DNA of 64,000 nucleotides from Bacteroidota bacterium (GCA_039024435.1 JBCCQH010000005.1:29433-93432); one strand, 5' to 3'. Numbered from the stretch's first letter, positions 35,406 through 46,118 are shown. Translations and numbers: made by a program. Notes: a model not told the origin generated them from the letters alone.

Positions 35406-36863
35406 ATGAAAAAAGCTCTATACTTTCTCAGCATTGTCCTATTCAGCGCCAATCTGCTTCCCGCCCAGACCGTGGAGGTGACCTCCTGGATCATCAATAC
35501 TACGAACTACCTCGGACACAACAACATTCCCGCCGACGTCCAGGAAGTTTGGTACAACAACAGCAATGTATTCATCCACGTGACCGACGTCCCGGCCTAT
35601 AACGTAGGCCCCTGGCCCGGCAACCCCAACGATGTCGCCGACCAGGATGACACCTACCGCATCACCCGCTCCCCGGAAAAGAAAAAAGGCACCAAAGTAG
35701 CCGTGGGGCTCGGGGAAATCGGACTTTGGATCAATGGCGTCTTCATCTACGGCGCCGAAGATGGCCGCAGTTGGCAAAATCAGGGCGTCTGGCACCAGGA
35801 TGCCTACGTATCCGAAGGCTCGACCTTTGACAATTGCTTCGGCCACCCCGACCAGAGCGACGCTTACCACCACCATTCCAGCCCCAAGTGCCTCTACGAC
35901 GAAACGGCTACGACCACCCACTCGCCGATCATCGGCTGGGCTTTTGACGGATTTCCGATCTACGGCGCCTACGGGTACGCCCGCCGCAACGGCACCGGCG
36001 GAATCATCCGGATGGAATCCGGCTATGAATTGCGCAACCTGACCAGCCGCACCAATGGTCCGTCCCTGACCCAGGCCCCCCTCGGCACCTACATCGAAGA
36101 CTACGAATACACCGGCAACGGCGATCTGGACGAATACAATGGCCGCTTTACGGTCACTCCGGAATATCCCGGCGGCATCTACGCCTACTTTGTCACCATC
36201 GACGCCAACTATGACCCCGTGTATCCCTACATCATCGGTCCGTCCTACTACGGCAAAGTCGCCACCGGCAATACTTCCGGAGGCTTTACCATCCCCAACA
36301 ATGCCACCCAGTACCTTCCTGGTTCCGCCAAAGTGGACATGGGCGACTTCGACGTAGAAGTGGTAGAAGCCGGGGTTTCCGTCCAATGGTCCACCAACCA
36401 CGAAATCGACCATGACCGCTTTATCGTCGAAAAGACGCGCGACTTCACCCACTGGGAGGTCACCGAAATCATCGAGGGCGAAGGCGATACCGAATGGATC
36501 AAGGACTACGAATCGGTGGACGCAACTCCCTACCGGGGCGAGAGCCACTACCGCGTACGCCAAATGGACAAAAACGGCGAGCTCCGCTCCACCCAGACGC
36601 GCAGTATCTACTTTGACGGATTGCAGGAAAATGTCCGGCTGCTCGGCAACCTCGTCGCCCAGGGCAACGCCATCCGCCTGGAGGTCGATTTTGCCCAGGC
36701 CGACATCCAACTCTACAACTTGCAGGGCCAGGCGCTCTTCACCGAAACTGTCACTGGAAGACAAGTGGAAATCCCTACGCACAACCTGGCGCACGGCACC
36801 TACATCGTCGCGGTGCGGGCCGAAGGCTCACGCTGGTCGAACACAGTTACCGTCAGCAAGTGA
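35406..36863 (+). CDS. YHYH-domain protein with a T9SS type-A C-terminal sorting domain
   Basis: Start at 'MKKALYFLSIVLFSANLLPAQ'. 'GHPDQSDAYHHHSSPKCLY', 'GWAFDGFPIYG', 'DEYNGRFTVTPEYPGGIYAYF'. C-terminus 'IQLYNLQGQALF.......I....LAHGTYIVAV'. Confidence 0.8.
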   Translation: MKKALYFLSIVLFSANLLPAQTVEVTSWIINTTNYLGHNNIPADVQEVWYNNSNVFIHVTDVPAYNVGPWPGNPNDVADQDDTYRITRSPEKKKGTKVAVGLGEIGLWINGVFIYGAEDGRSWQNQGVWHQDAYVSEGSTFDNCFGHPDQSDAYHHHSSPKCLYDETATTTHSPIIGWAFDGFPIYGAYGYARRNGTGGIIRMESGYELRNLTSRTNGPSLTQAPLGTYIEDYEYTGNGDLDEYNGRFTVTPEYPGGIYAYFVTIDANYDPVYPYIIGPSYYGKVATGNTSGGFTIPNNATQYLPGSAKVDMGDFDVEVVEAGVSVQWSTNHEIDHDRFIVEKTRDFTHWEVTEIIEGEGDTEWIKDYESVDATPYRGESHYRVRQMDKNGELRSTQTRSIYFDGLQENVRLLGNLVAQGNAIRLEVDFAQADIQLYNLQGQALFTETVTGRQVEIPTHNLAHGTYIVAVRAEGSRWSNTVTVSK

Positions 36864-37897
36864 CCGTGACCCAAAGGATCAAATACTGGTGTTTATCGCT
36901 GGCCGGCCTGTTTTTGTTGGCCGCGGTTCCTCCCACCGGGCGGGGTGACGGACAGTTGTTCGTCGTCCCGCCCGGCTGGGCGGAGCCCAGCTACGACCTG
37001 GCACGCAACCCTTTGCGGAGCGAAGTGGTGGACCTGGGGCGCAAACTGTTCTTTGACCCGGGGCTTTCCCAGGACGGAACGGTTTCCTGCGCGACCTGCC
37101 ACAATCCCTCGGCGGCATTTGCCCAGCCCGACCACGCCCTGAGCCACGGCATTTTTAACCGATCCGGGACCCGCAATTCGCCGGCCCTCTTCAACCTCGC
37201 CTGGGAAACCGAATTCATGTGGGATGGCCGCATCAACCACCTCGATGCCCAGCCCTTGGCCCCCTTGACCGACAACACCGAGATGGGCAATACCCTGCCC
37301 GCAGCATTGGCGTACTTGCGGCGTACCGCCCCGTATCCCCAGGCATTCCGCGCTGCATTTGGTGATACCACCGTTACCACCGACCGTTTTGTAAAGGCAT
37401 TTTCTCAATTCATGCTCACCCTGCAATCCTACAATTCGCCCTATGACCGCTTCATGCGGCAGGAACCCGGCGCCGCTCTTTCGGTGAGTGAACTCAACGG
37501 ATTGTTGCTCTTTCGGGAAAATTGTACTTCCTGCCACACTGAGCCGCTGTTCACCAATCACCAGTACAAGCGCAATGGCTTAGCGGCGGGAAATGACCGG
37601 GGGCGGGCGAATATTTCCCAGCGGGCCGCCGATTCACTGCGCTTCAAAGTGCCCTCCCTGCGCAATGTCCAGGTCACCGCGCCCTACATGCACGACGGCC
37701 GTTTCAACACGCTGCGGGAAGTATTGGACCACTACACCAGTCGCGCCAATCCCCACCACAATCCCGCCAGCGAAGTCGCGCGCCCAATCACGCTCCACCC
37801 CAAGGACAAGGACGACCTCGTCGCCTTCCTCAATGCCCTCACCGACCGGCAATTCATTCGCGAAGCAGTCGCCCGGGAGCAACAAGCCCAACCTTGA
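36860..37897 (+). CDS. Di-haem cytochrome c peroxidase (MbnH-like)
   Basis: Two CxxCH sites ('CATCHNP', 'CTSCHTEP'), 'FKVPSLRNV..TAPYMHDG'. The GTG start overlaps the upstream stop. Confidence 0.88.
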   Translation: MTVTQRIKYWCLSLAGLFLLAAVPPTGRGDGQLFVVPPGWAEPSYDLARNPLRSEVVDLGRKLFFDPGLSQDGTVSCATCHNPSAAFAQPDHALSHGIFNRSGTRNSPALFNLAWETEFMWDGRINHLDAQPLAPLTDNTEMGNTLPAALAYLRRTAPYPQAFRAAFGDTTVTTDRFVKAFSQFMLTLQSYNSPYDRFMRQEPGAALSVSELNGLLLFRENCTSCHTEPLFTNHQYKRNGLAAGNDRGRANISQRAADSLRFKVPSLRNVQVTAPYMHDGRFNTLREVLDHYTSRANPHHNPASEVARPITLHPKDKDDLVAFLNALTDRQFIREAVAREQQAQP

Positions 37898-38186
37898 GCA
37901 GTCCGCCGCCTTTCTCCCGCTACATTTCCCCTTCCCCGCGAAAGTTTGTCCCCGCTCGGACATCCAGGGGATGGACCACAAATAAGATTCGTTCCGGTGC
38001 GTCCCCGACGCAATCCTCCGTATCCTTCGTGGACAGGCAATTCTAATCCCGGAAAGCACCGTCGCGGTTACGGCCACGGCACCCACTCGTCGGGAACAGG
38101 GGTGGTCCGGTACACAGCGCAAATCAGAGCGATGGGCAAATGGCAAAATTCCCGGGTAAAACCCCGGCAAACTTTCGGTTTGTTAA

Positions 38187-38216
38187 AATTTTCCACAATT
38201 TTCCGTCAAATTTTCC
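38187..38216 (+). promoter_or_regulatory. Three phased AATTTTCC direct repeats upstream of icd
   Basis: AATTTTCC at 38187, 38197 and 38209 (10-12 bp phasing), 67-96 bp upstream of the icd start. Confidence 0.3.
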
Positions 38217-38282
38217 AAATTAATGCCTTTTGGCTAACTTCGTTGCGAAATTTGAATCGCTCATCTTCCATCGGATCATACT

Positions 38283-39518
38283 ATGCAAGGAGAAAAAATC
38301 ACGATTGAGAACGGGGTTCTCAACGTTCCCGACCAACCCATTGTCCCATTCATTGAAGGCGACGGCATCGGGCCCGACATTTGGGCCGCGGCGTCCCGCG
38401 TATTTGATGCGGCGGTCAAAATCGCCTACGGCGGCCAGCGCAAGCTGGTTTGGCACGAGGTGCTGGCCGGACAGAAGGCCTTTGACCAAACCGGTGAATG
38501 GCTGCCCCAAGCGACCCTAGATGCCTTTCGCGAGTACTTGGTCGGCATCAAGGGCCCACTTACAACCCCGGTGGGCGGCGGGATCCGCTCGCTGAATGTC
38601 GCCCTGCGCCAGGTTCTGGACCTGTACGTCTGTCTGCGGCCGGTCCGCTATTTTGACGGTACGCCTTCTCCGGTGAAGAAGCCCGACCTGGTAGACATGG
38701 TGATTTTCCGGGAAAATTCCGAAGACATCTACGCCGGCATCGAGTTCCGCGAGGGTGAGGCGGATACCCAGACTTTCCTCGACTGGCTCAAGGCCACCTT
38801 TCCCGACCGCTACCCCAAGGTTCGCTTTCCGGCGACGGCGGGCATCGGGATCAAGCCCATCTCCCGGGAAGGTACCGCCCGCCTGGTCCGGGCCGCCATT
38901 GAATACGCCATCCGCTACCAGCGCAAAAGCGTAACCCTGGTCCACAAGGGCAACATCATGAAATTCACCGAGGGTGCTTTCCGCGATTGGGGCTACCAAG
39001 TGGCGCGGGAAGAGTACAACGGGGAAATCATCGGGGCCGGTCCCTGGACGAAGATCACCACCCCGGAAGGCCACGAAATCACGGTGAAGGATGTCATCGC
39101 CGACGCTTTCCTCCAGCAAATCATCCTCCGCCCGGCCGAGTACGACGTGATCGCGACGATGAACCTGAACGGGGACTACATTTCGGATGCCTTGGCCGCG
39201 CAGGTGGGGGGCATCGGGATCGCCCCCGGCGCCAATATCAACTACGTCAACGGGACGGCCATCTTCGAAGCGACCCACGGAACGGCTCCGAAATACACCG
39301 GTCAGGACAAGGTGAATCCGGGTTCGGTCATCCTTTCCGGCGCCATGATGCTGGAATACCTGGGCTGGTCGGAAGCCAAAGACCTGATCCACCACGGGAT
39401 CGGCCAGGCCATCCTCTCCAAGCGGGTCACCTACGATTTCGAGCGGTTGATGGAGGGCGCCACCCTGCTCAAGTGCTCCGAATTCGGGGATGAGGTGATC
39501 CAGAATATGCGGGCCTAA
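38283..39518 (+). CDS. icd: NADP-dependent isocitrate dehydrogenase
   Basis: Near-collinear with enterobacterial Icd by eye: '[14 protein letters not shown]', '[36 protein letters not shown]', '[17 protein letters not shown]'. Confidence 0.97.
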   Translation: MQGEKITIENGVLNVPDQPIVPFIEGDGIGPDIWAAASRVFDAAVKIAYGGQRKLVWHEVLAGQKAFDQTGEWLPQATLDAFREYLVGIKGPLTTPVGGGIRSLNVALRQVLDLYVCLRPVRYFDGTPSPVKKPDLVDMVIFRENSEDIYAGIEFREGEADTQTFLDWLKATFPDRYPKVRFPATAGIGIKPISREGTARLVRAAIEYAIRYQRKSVTLVHKGNIMKFTEGAFRDWGYQVAREEYNGEIIGAGPWTKITTPEGHEITVKDVIADAFLQQIILRPAEYDVIATMNLNGDYISDALAAQVGGIGIAPGANINYVNGTAIFEATHGTAPKYTGQDKVNPGSVILSGAMMLEYLGWSEAKDLIHHGIGQAILSKRVTYDFERLMEGATLLKCSEFGDEVIQNMRA

Positions 39519-39564
39519 GCGCTCTCGCACGCTTTTCTTCAAGAAATGGGTGCGGCGGATTTCA

Positions 39565-39601
39565 CCGGACGGAAGCCCACGGGGTTTCCGTCCGGTTTTT
39601 T
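39565..39601 (+). terminator. Intrinsic terminator of icd
   Basis: Perfect 10-bp stem CCGGACGGAA / TTCCGTCCGG with an 11-nt loop, followed by T6. Confidence 0.8.
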
Positions 39602-39812
39602 GTGGGGGGCAGGGCGTGGCTTGGGGCGGCGAGCTGGGGAAGCGGATGGTTGTGCTATAAGGGTGGGTTGGTAAGCGGGTTGGAGGCTTGGGGGTAGCGT
39701 TGCGGCATCAGACTTTTCCTGCACGCCAGCTATCTTAAACAAGATTCTCGCCCCTCCCGTCGCCAACCCAGTCCCCCCGCAGCATCGCCAACTTTCGTAT
39801 CTTTCCGCAACC

Positions 39813-41340
39813 ATGACCACCACCGCCCATCGATCCTACTGGCTCATCTCCGTTTTTCTTCTTGCCGCTGGCTTCACCTGGGCGCAGCCCTGCGCCCGTC
39901 CGACCTGGACCCTCGATAAAACCGGGCCGGACAGTGTGCTCTCGGTGTGGAACACCCCGTCGATTGAGACGAGTTTCACCAGAGTGTGGGCCATGCAGCA
40001 TCCTGGCTACCGGCAGGCGCCCCACAAGTTGCATCCCGTTTGGCCGGGGGAATCTGCCGCGATTTTGCCCCAGGCTGGGCTGCGCGAAGGCCGGTACGTC
40101 GCGCACCCTTGTGGGGACAGCACCCGCATCATACAGGAAGGGGACATCCGTGAGGGGAAGCGCAATGGAACCTGGACCAGCTATTGGCCGGGAGGGGAAA
40201 TATTCCAAAAGATTGACTTTGGGACCGAGGACGAGCGGACGGCCTACCGCGACCATTACCTCAGCGGTCGCCCCTGGTCGGAAGGTGAACTCGACCGCTT
40301 GGGAAATCGGCAAGGCACCTGGATACAGTACGATACTGCCGGCCGTTTGCGCCTGGAAATGGCCTACCGAGACGGCCAACCGTCCGGCTGGGCCCGCTAC
40401 CTTCGCGTGGACCAAAGCCCGCAAAAGCGCATCCATTTTACCGGTTACCACGAAAAATGGGATACCCTCTGGACCTATTATCCCGACGGTCAACCCGAAA
40501 TCTGCCGGGTCGGAACGGAAATCCGGGCGGCTTGGGATTCTTCCGGCACCCCGACGGTCCGGGATGGCACCGGCGTGTACACTGGTATCTCGCCGGGGCC
40601 CGATTATCGCGGCCTCTGGGTAGTGCTGCCCCTCAAAGGCGGCAAGCGCCACGGCACGGTGGAAGCCTTCCGCAAAACTGGGGAGCGGTACACGAGCGCC
40701 CTTTACGAGCGGGATTCGCTGCGCCAAGAAACCCGGTATTACCCCTCGGGGCCCAAGTCGATGCAGTACAACATCTACACGGATTCCACCGCATGGCAGG
40801 AATGGTACCCCAACGGGCAAATGAAACGGCGCACGGTCAGCACCCACCGGGACACGCTGCGCCACCGCCTTCTTTGGTACAAGAACGGCGAGCGAAAGGA
40901 AGTCTACGACTTGCGCTTCGATTTGGAGGCCAACCGATGGATGCCCGATGGCGAGTGGCGGGCCTGGTACAAAAAATGGGCGCCCCCATTGGGAACGCCA
41001 TTACCTGCGGCGCGTGCGGACGGGAACCTGGCGGGACTGGGACCAGGAGGGAAATCTGGTGAGTGAGAAGCGCTACGCGGCGGGCCGACTGGACGGCCCC
41101 TGGATGGTGCGGAACCCAGAGAATGGTAAGATGCAACCCCACACCTTTGCCTGTGGCCGCTCCAATTGGGGCAGTCGTTTCATCTGCGAGGACCACGGCT
41201 TTGAGGGAGGAGTGGCCTACACCGACGATTTGGGGCATTGTGGGCACTGCGACCGCATGACCAGCAGCGGAATGTTCCGGCTGTGCAACTGGTCGGCCTG
41301 CAAACTCCGGCAATGCCAAGTGTGTGGAGGACCACTGTAA
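39813..41340 (+). pseudogene. MORN/YwqK-repeat secreted protein with a Cys-rich C-terminus, interrupted by a +1 frameshift in an A6 run
   Basis: The signal peptide and 'G.W..YY.NG' type repeats continue from frame 0 (39813-41066) into frame +1 (40948-41340). Removing one A from 40971-40976 gives 'EWRAWYKNGRPHWERHYLRRVRTGTWRDWDQEGNL'. Confidence 0.7.
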
Positions 41341-41352
41341 ACACTCGGCGAC

Positions 41353-42072
41353 CTAACGGTAGGGCAACTCGGCTTGCAGTGCTTCCAGATGACCTTCAAA
41401 ATCTTCCGCACTTTTGCTGGCTTCGGTGATTTCCTCGGCGATCACCGCTTTGAGGGTAGCGTAATCGGTGTGCTCCCGGTATTGCAGCAGCAAGTCGGAA
41501 AGTTCTTCCGCGAGGTGGGCGCAAGCCGCATGGTCGAGGTACAACTTAGCGCCTTGAGTGCGCCGCATTACGGTACGTATCAGGTTTTCCCACATTTCCC
41601 GGCCGGTGCCCAAGTGGTGGGCAAAGGCGATCTGAAACGCTTGCTGCCACTGGCGGTCCTCCCGCCCCATTTCTAGGATAAACTGGGCGAGATCCGCCTT
41701 ATCGACCCGTTCCAATACCGCCGCAACCTGTTCCGAGAACGAGGGCTGGCGCAGCAACTTCTGCGGGCGACCGGACTTCTCCGCGTAGGCTTCCCGCTTG
41801 AGATCCTCCGCAATCGCGAGGTAAAGGGCGACCTCGTGCTTGCAGGTCGGCCCTCCAGTATACGGACAATCACAAGACGAATCCACTACTCTCCCCGCTT
41901 CGATCACCACTGAGACCGTGTAGGTCCGCCCGCCAATGACCGTAGCTTCCCAATGTCCCGGCTTGAATCGGACCAGATCCGCGACGGCACCCGACCAATA
42001 AACGTCTTGTCCGCGCTGCAAAATAGCGGGATCAACCTCAAAATATGGTCCATTGTCTTCCATAAGATTCAC
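41353..42072 (-). CDS. SWIM zinc-finger domain protein
   Basis: 'SSCDCPYTGGPTCKHEVALYL' is the CxC...CxH SWIM signature. Confidence 0.8.
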   Translation of the reverse strand: MNLMEDNGPYFEVDPAILQRGQDVYWSGAVADLVRFKPGHWEATVIGGRTYTVSVVIEAGRVVDSSCDCPYTGGPTCKHEVALYLAIAEDLKREAYAEKSGRPQKLLRQPSFSEQVAAVLERVDKADLAQFILEMGREDRQWQQAFQIAFAHHLGTGREMWENLIRTVMRRTQGAKLYLDHAACAHLAEELSDLLLQYREHTDYATLKAVIAEEITEASKSAEDFEGHLEALQAELPYR

Positions 42073-42182
42073 CTGTTCGAAAGGGCAAAATTACAAATGG
42101 GGAAGCGATTTATTTTTTCCAAAGATATTTCTATATTCACCGCGTTGTAAATCATATCAAATAAAGAACACAAACACAACAC

Positions 42183-42656
42183 ATGAGAATCTTGTTTATC
42201 GTAGTCGGCATCATTGCCCTATTGGGTGTGGCCGGCGGAAGCCTTTTACTATCCACGCGCAACGGAAACGAAGCCAAAGGAATGGCTCAGATTGAAAGCG
42301 AAATGGGTGCCCTGGGCAACCTCGCCACCAAAATGGCGGAAAACCTGACCGGTGGTGAACTTCCCTCCAAAGGCGCCTGGCAGACCGCACAAATCTTCAG
42401 CTATTTTGTCCTTTTGGTTGCCCTGTTTGGCATTGTGGCCCTTTTCCTCAAAGGAAGGATCCCGATGATCGCGGCCGGAGCCGTCGCCCTGTTCAGTATT
42501 CTGCTGTGGATACTGCAACCATCAATTGATGCCGGTCCACTCGGCGGCGCCAATCCCAAAACCATCGCTTTGATCCTGATGGTCATGGGCATCGTGGGGG
42601 CAGCTTGCGTCTTCGGCGTGTACAACGCCAATCAGAAGAAAGCAACGCTAGCCTAA
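42183..42656 (+). CDS. Small integral membrane protein (4 predicted TM segments)
   Basis: Four hydrophobic stretches. No family recognised. Confidence 0.7.
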   Translation: MRILFIVVGIIALLGVAGGSLLLSTRNGNEAKGMAQIESEMGALGNLATKMAENLTGGELPSKGAWQTAQIFSYFVLLVALFGIVALFLKGRIPMIAAGAVALFSILLWILQPSIDAGPLGGANPKTIALILMVMGIVGAACVFGVYNANQKKATLA

Positions 42657-42817
42657 GAGGCGGTTTAAAATTGGTTTGTGATGCTAGTGCAGATTTTTTT
42701 GTCCATCGAAGCTCATTTTAGAGTCTACGGCCAAAGCTATGGGCGAGAAAATAGCGGAAGAAGGGCGGACAAAGATGCCCTAGCAAAATCGCAGAATTAA
42801 ATTTAAACTGCCGCTAA
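42654..42817 (+). mobile_element. MITE-like dispersed element, copy 2
   Basis: Aligns with copy 1 over its full length (about 90% by eye, with a 4-bp deletion). It carries the best-preserved 5' inverted repeat, TAAGAGGCGGTTTAAA. Confidence 0.6.
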
Positions 42818-42865
42818 CGGCGAGTTAAAATTACTCAGGGAAACGGGTAGGTCAGCAAATCTGGC

Positions 42866-43483
42866 TTACCCGTTTTCTTCTTTGGCGGATTTTTTGGCCT
42901 TGTTGATTTTCAAGACATCTTCGAGGTCGGTCACCCCACCGGAGAGGATGTACTTCATCAATTCCGCCGGATCCACCCCGGGCAGCGGAATAACCCGCTC
43001 GGCCGGCACAATGTAGAGATTGCCCGATACCGAATAAGACATGGGAATATATACCGCAACTTTCCCCGCAAAATCCTGCCCCAGCTTTTCCAGTTCATCT
43101 TCGGTCACAAATCCGAAACGCTGCAACTCCGTTTCCGCGATCAAATCGATCATCACCGGCCGGTTAAAGCGCTTCTTTTCCCCCACAAAGGCTTCCATCA
43201 GATCTTTGATCGACGAATAGACAAATTTGATGCCCGGGGCACGGGTCAGGACATCTTCAAACAGAAAGAAGAGGGGCCGAAAAAATACGTTCCGCGCAAA
43301 GTAGCCGATCAACAATACTCCCCCGATGATGATCCCCAGTGTGAGCCAGACGCTGCCAAACAACTGGTACTCGGCCAGCAGATCGTACACGTACCTCCCA
43401 ACCAGGTACAGCGCGACCAGGGGCACCACGACGATGATCCCCTGCAGGAAATACGCGATGATCCGGCTAGTGACCTTTTTCAT
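42866..43483 (-). CDS. DUF502-like membrane protein
   Basis: Start at 'MKKVTSRIIAYFLQGIIVVVPL', overlapping the lpxD stop by 17 nt. Two N-terminal TM helices. Confidence 0.7.
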   Translation of the reverse strand: MKKVTSRIIAYFLQGIIVVVPLVALYLVGRYVYDLLAEYQLFGSVWLTLGIIIGGVLLIGYFARNVFFRPLFFLFEDVLTRAPGIKFVYSSIKDLMEAFVGEKKRFNRPVMIDLIAETELQRFGFVTEDELEKLGQDFAGKVAVYIPMSYSVSGNLYIVPAERVIPLPGVDPAELMKYILSGGVTDLEDVLKINKAKKSAKEENG

Positions 43484-44474
43484 TTTCCTTGAGCAAAGCT
43501 TCCAATTTCGGTAACAGATCGAGCATGCGGCGCGCGGCGGCCTCTTTGCGCAGGAAATTCCGTGCGTCGTCGGCAATGATTCCCCCGTAGGTTTTCCCCC
43601 CTTCCAGCGAACTCATAACCCCGGTTTTGCCCATCAAAGAAGCTCCCTTCCCGATGGTCAGATCCTGCACCACCCCGACTTGGCCCCAGAGATTGACCTC
43701 GTCTTCGATGGTCACCACCCCGGCGATGCCCACTTGGGCCGCGATCACACAGCGCTTGCCGATGACGGTATCGTGACCTACCTGCACCAGATTGTCCAGC
43801 TTGGTGTGCTCTCCGATGACCGTATCGTGGCTGACGCCCCGGTCAATCGTACATCCCGCGCCGATGTCCACGTGGTCTTCGAGGATGACCCGGCCCACAC
43901 TGAGCATCTTGTCCCGGCCATAATTGCGTTTTTTGTAGTAAAAGGCCTCACTGCCGATGACCGCACCGGCATTGATGGTGCAGTGCTTGCCGATGATCGT
44001 GTGGTCGTAGATGGTGACATTGGCGTGGATGAGAGTGCCTTCGCCAATGACCACATCCGAGCCGATCACCGCATTGTGGCCAATCTCTACGCCCGGGCCG
44101 ATGCTGACATTTGCGCCCAGCACGGCGTTTTGGCCCAGGATCAAGTCCTCCGGCAGCGTGCCGTTGCCCACCGTATCGAGCGGGCGGCGCGGCTGAAAGT
44201 GCGCGGCCATTCGGTTAAAATCGCGAAACGGGTCGTCACTCACCAGCAAGCCTTTGCCTTCCGGCGGGGCTACTTCTTGGTCGATCAGGATGGTTGTTGC
44301 CGCCGAATTCAGCGCCTTGTCGTAGTATTTGTGGTAATCGACGAAACAGAGGTCACCGGCTTCCACCCGGTGGATCTCATTCATGCCCAGTACCAGGTGG
44401 TCGGGATCGCCCACAAAAGCGCATCCCAGGAGTTCGGCCGCAGCGGCCAAGCGAATCGGTTCGAAAAATTTCAT
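43467..44474 (-). CDS. lpxD: UDP-3-O-acylglucosamine N-acyltransferase
   Basis: Start at 'MKFFEPIRL'. Long run of hexapeptide repeats ('IGHNAVIGSDVVIGEGTLIHANVTIYDHTIIGKHCTINAGAVIG') and an LpxD-type N-terminal domain. Confidence 0.92.
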   Translation of the reverse strand: MKFFEPIRLAAAAELLGCAFVGDPDHLVLGMNEIHRVEAGDLCFVDYHKYYDKALNSAATTILIDQEVAPPEGKGLLVSDDPFRDFNRMAAHFQPRRPLDTVGNGTLPEDLILGQNAVLGANVSIGPGVEIGHNAVIGSDVVIGEGTLIHANVTIYDHTIIGKHCTINAGAVIGSEAFYYKKRNYGRDKMLSVGRVILEDHVDIGAGCTIDRGVSHDTVIGEHTKLDNLVQVGHDTVIGKRCVIAAQVGIAGVVTIEDEVNLWGQVGVVQDLTIGKGASLMGKTGVMSSLEGGKTYGGIIADDARNFLRKEAAARRMLDLLPKLEALLKENEKGH

Positions 44475-44625
44475 GCAGTGCAACTCAATTTGGGCAAAGA
44501 TAAGCCGAAGCCCGGGAATTCGGTAAAAAATCAACGTTTAGGGCCGGTTTACCGGTCGACCGCGAGAATTCTTTGCACCGAACCGCCTCGGCTGCTTATT
44601 TTGACGAGTACACAATAGGCACCTT

Positions 44626-45678
44626 ATGGAAGCAGCTTCGATCATACTTTACGGCAGTTACGGTTACACGGGCAAACTCATCGCCGAATTGGCGGCGGAA
44701 AAAGGCGTTCCCTTGATTCTCTCGGGACGGAATCCGGAAAAGGTCAAGGCCATCGCCGCGGCCACGGGCCACCCCCACGCGGCGGTTTCCCTGGACAATG
44801 CCACGGAGCTCGACGCCCTCCTTTCCCGGGGCAAAGTCGTCTTGCACGCCGCTGGCCCCTTCGTCGATACCTACCGGGCCATGACGGCTGCCTGCCTGCG
44901 TACCCAGACCCACTACCTGGACATCACCGGCGAAATCGAAGTGTTTGAAGGTGTCGCCCAACTGGACCGTCGAGCCCAGGAGAAAGGCATCATGCTACTT
45001 CCCGGAGCCGGCTTCGACGTAGTTCCGACCGATTGCATGGCCGCGCTGCTGAAAGCGCGCCTTCCGGATGCGCAAGAATTGGAACTCGCTTTTAAATCGG
45101 GAGGTGGCGTCTCCCGGGGCACGGCCACCACGATGGTCCGCAGCATGGGGGAACCCAATCTGATTCGCCGCCAGGGTCGAATCACCCCGGTTCGGCCCGG
45201 CAAGCGCGAGATCACCATTGACTACGGAAAAGGGCCAAGGACGGCATTTGGCATTCCCTGGGGCGATGTATCGACCGCGTATTACACCACCGAGATCCCC
45301 AACATCGCTACCTACACGGTACTGCCGCCCCCGCTCGGCAAACGGCTGCGCATGAGCGGCTGGATGGCTCCCCTTCTGCGTACGGGCTGGTTCCGCCGGC
45401 GCGCCCAGAAACGAATCGATAGCCGTCCGCCCGGCCCCAGCGCCGAAACCCGCCGCAAAGGCCGCAGCTTGATTTGGGGCCGCGTACGCAACGCATCCGG
45501 GCAGGAGGAAGTCCATCACTTCACCTGCCCCGAAGGCTATAGCCTCACCGCCGCCGCTGCTTTGCACCTCGCCCAGCGGGCGGCCAATGGCGATTGCAAA
45601 GTCGGATTTCAGACGCCAGCCGGTTGCTACGGTGCCGGTCTGCTCGATGCTGTCGTGGCCGAAATGGCTCCGGAGTAG
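44626..45678 (+). CDS. Saccharopine dehydrogenase-family NAD(P)-binding protein
   Basis: 'ILYGSYGYTGKLIAE' Rossmann motif. Family-typical length of 350 aa. Confidence 0.85.
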   Translation: MEAASIILYGSYGYTGKLIAELAAEKGVPLILSGRNPEKVKAIAAATGHPHAAVSLDNATELDALLSRGKVVLHAAGPFVDTYRAMTAACLRTQTHYLDITGEIEVFEGVAQLDRRAQEKGIMLLPGAGFDVVPTDCMAALLKARLPDAQELELAFKSGGGVSRGTATTMVRSMGEPNLIRRQGRITPVRPGKREITIDYGKGPRTAFGIPWGDVSTAYYTTEIPNIATYTVLPPPLGKRLRMSGWMAPLLRTGWFRRRAQKRIDSRPPGPSAETRRKGRSLIWGRVRNASGQEEVHHFTCPEGYSLTAAAALHLAQRAANGDCKVGFQTPAGCYGAGLLDAVVAEMAPE

Positions 45679-46044
45679 TATCGGACCACCAGAATATTCC
45701 CAATGGTAAACCACCTCCGCAACGGCCCGTGGGCAGCGGTAAACGGCCGGAGATTTCGGGGAAAAGTTGGTCGGAAAGGCCCCCTCAAGTGGGATGCGGC
45801 AATCCTGCGAGAACAATTTGTACACTTATCCCTACGATTTTCCAATTATCCAGATTCTACTGGGGAGAAGCGTACTCCGCTTGAAATCAGATTCCTGCGA
45901 TATTGCCTCCAGTTTCTCAACGACATTTGAGATTCCTTTCATTAAATGAGCGACCATTGTCTAACCCAGACTAACGACCCATCGGCCCAAAAATAAAAGC
46001 CGATTTTTACCGAACATTAATTCCGTATTATAATTTCAAGGGTT

Positions 46045-46073
46045 GCGAAACGCCCGTTTCGCGCCCTTTTTTT
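46045..46073 (+). terminator. Orphan terminator-like hairpin 45 nt upstream of the DUF3089 gene
   Basis: GCGAAAC-GCCC-GTTTCGC followed by GCCCTTTTTTT. No annotated plus-strand gene lies in the preceding ~365 bp. Confidence 0.5.
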
Positions 46074-46118
46074 CTGCCGCTGAGATCTTTAATTTTACTC
46101 CCGAAAATTTCCTCGCTT

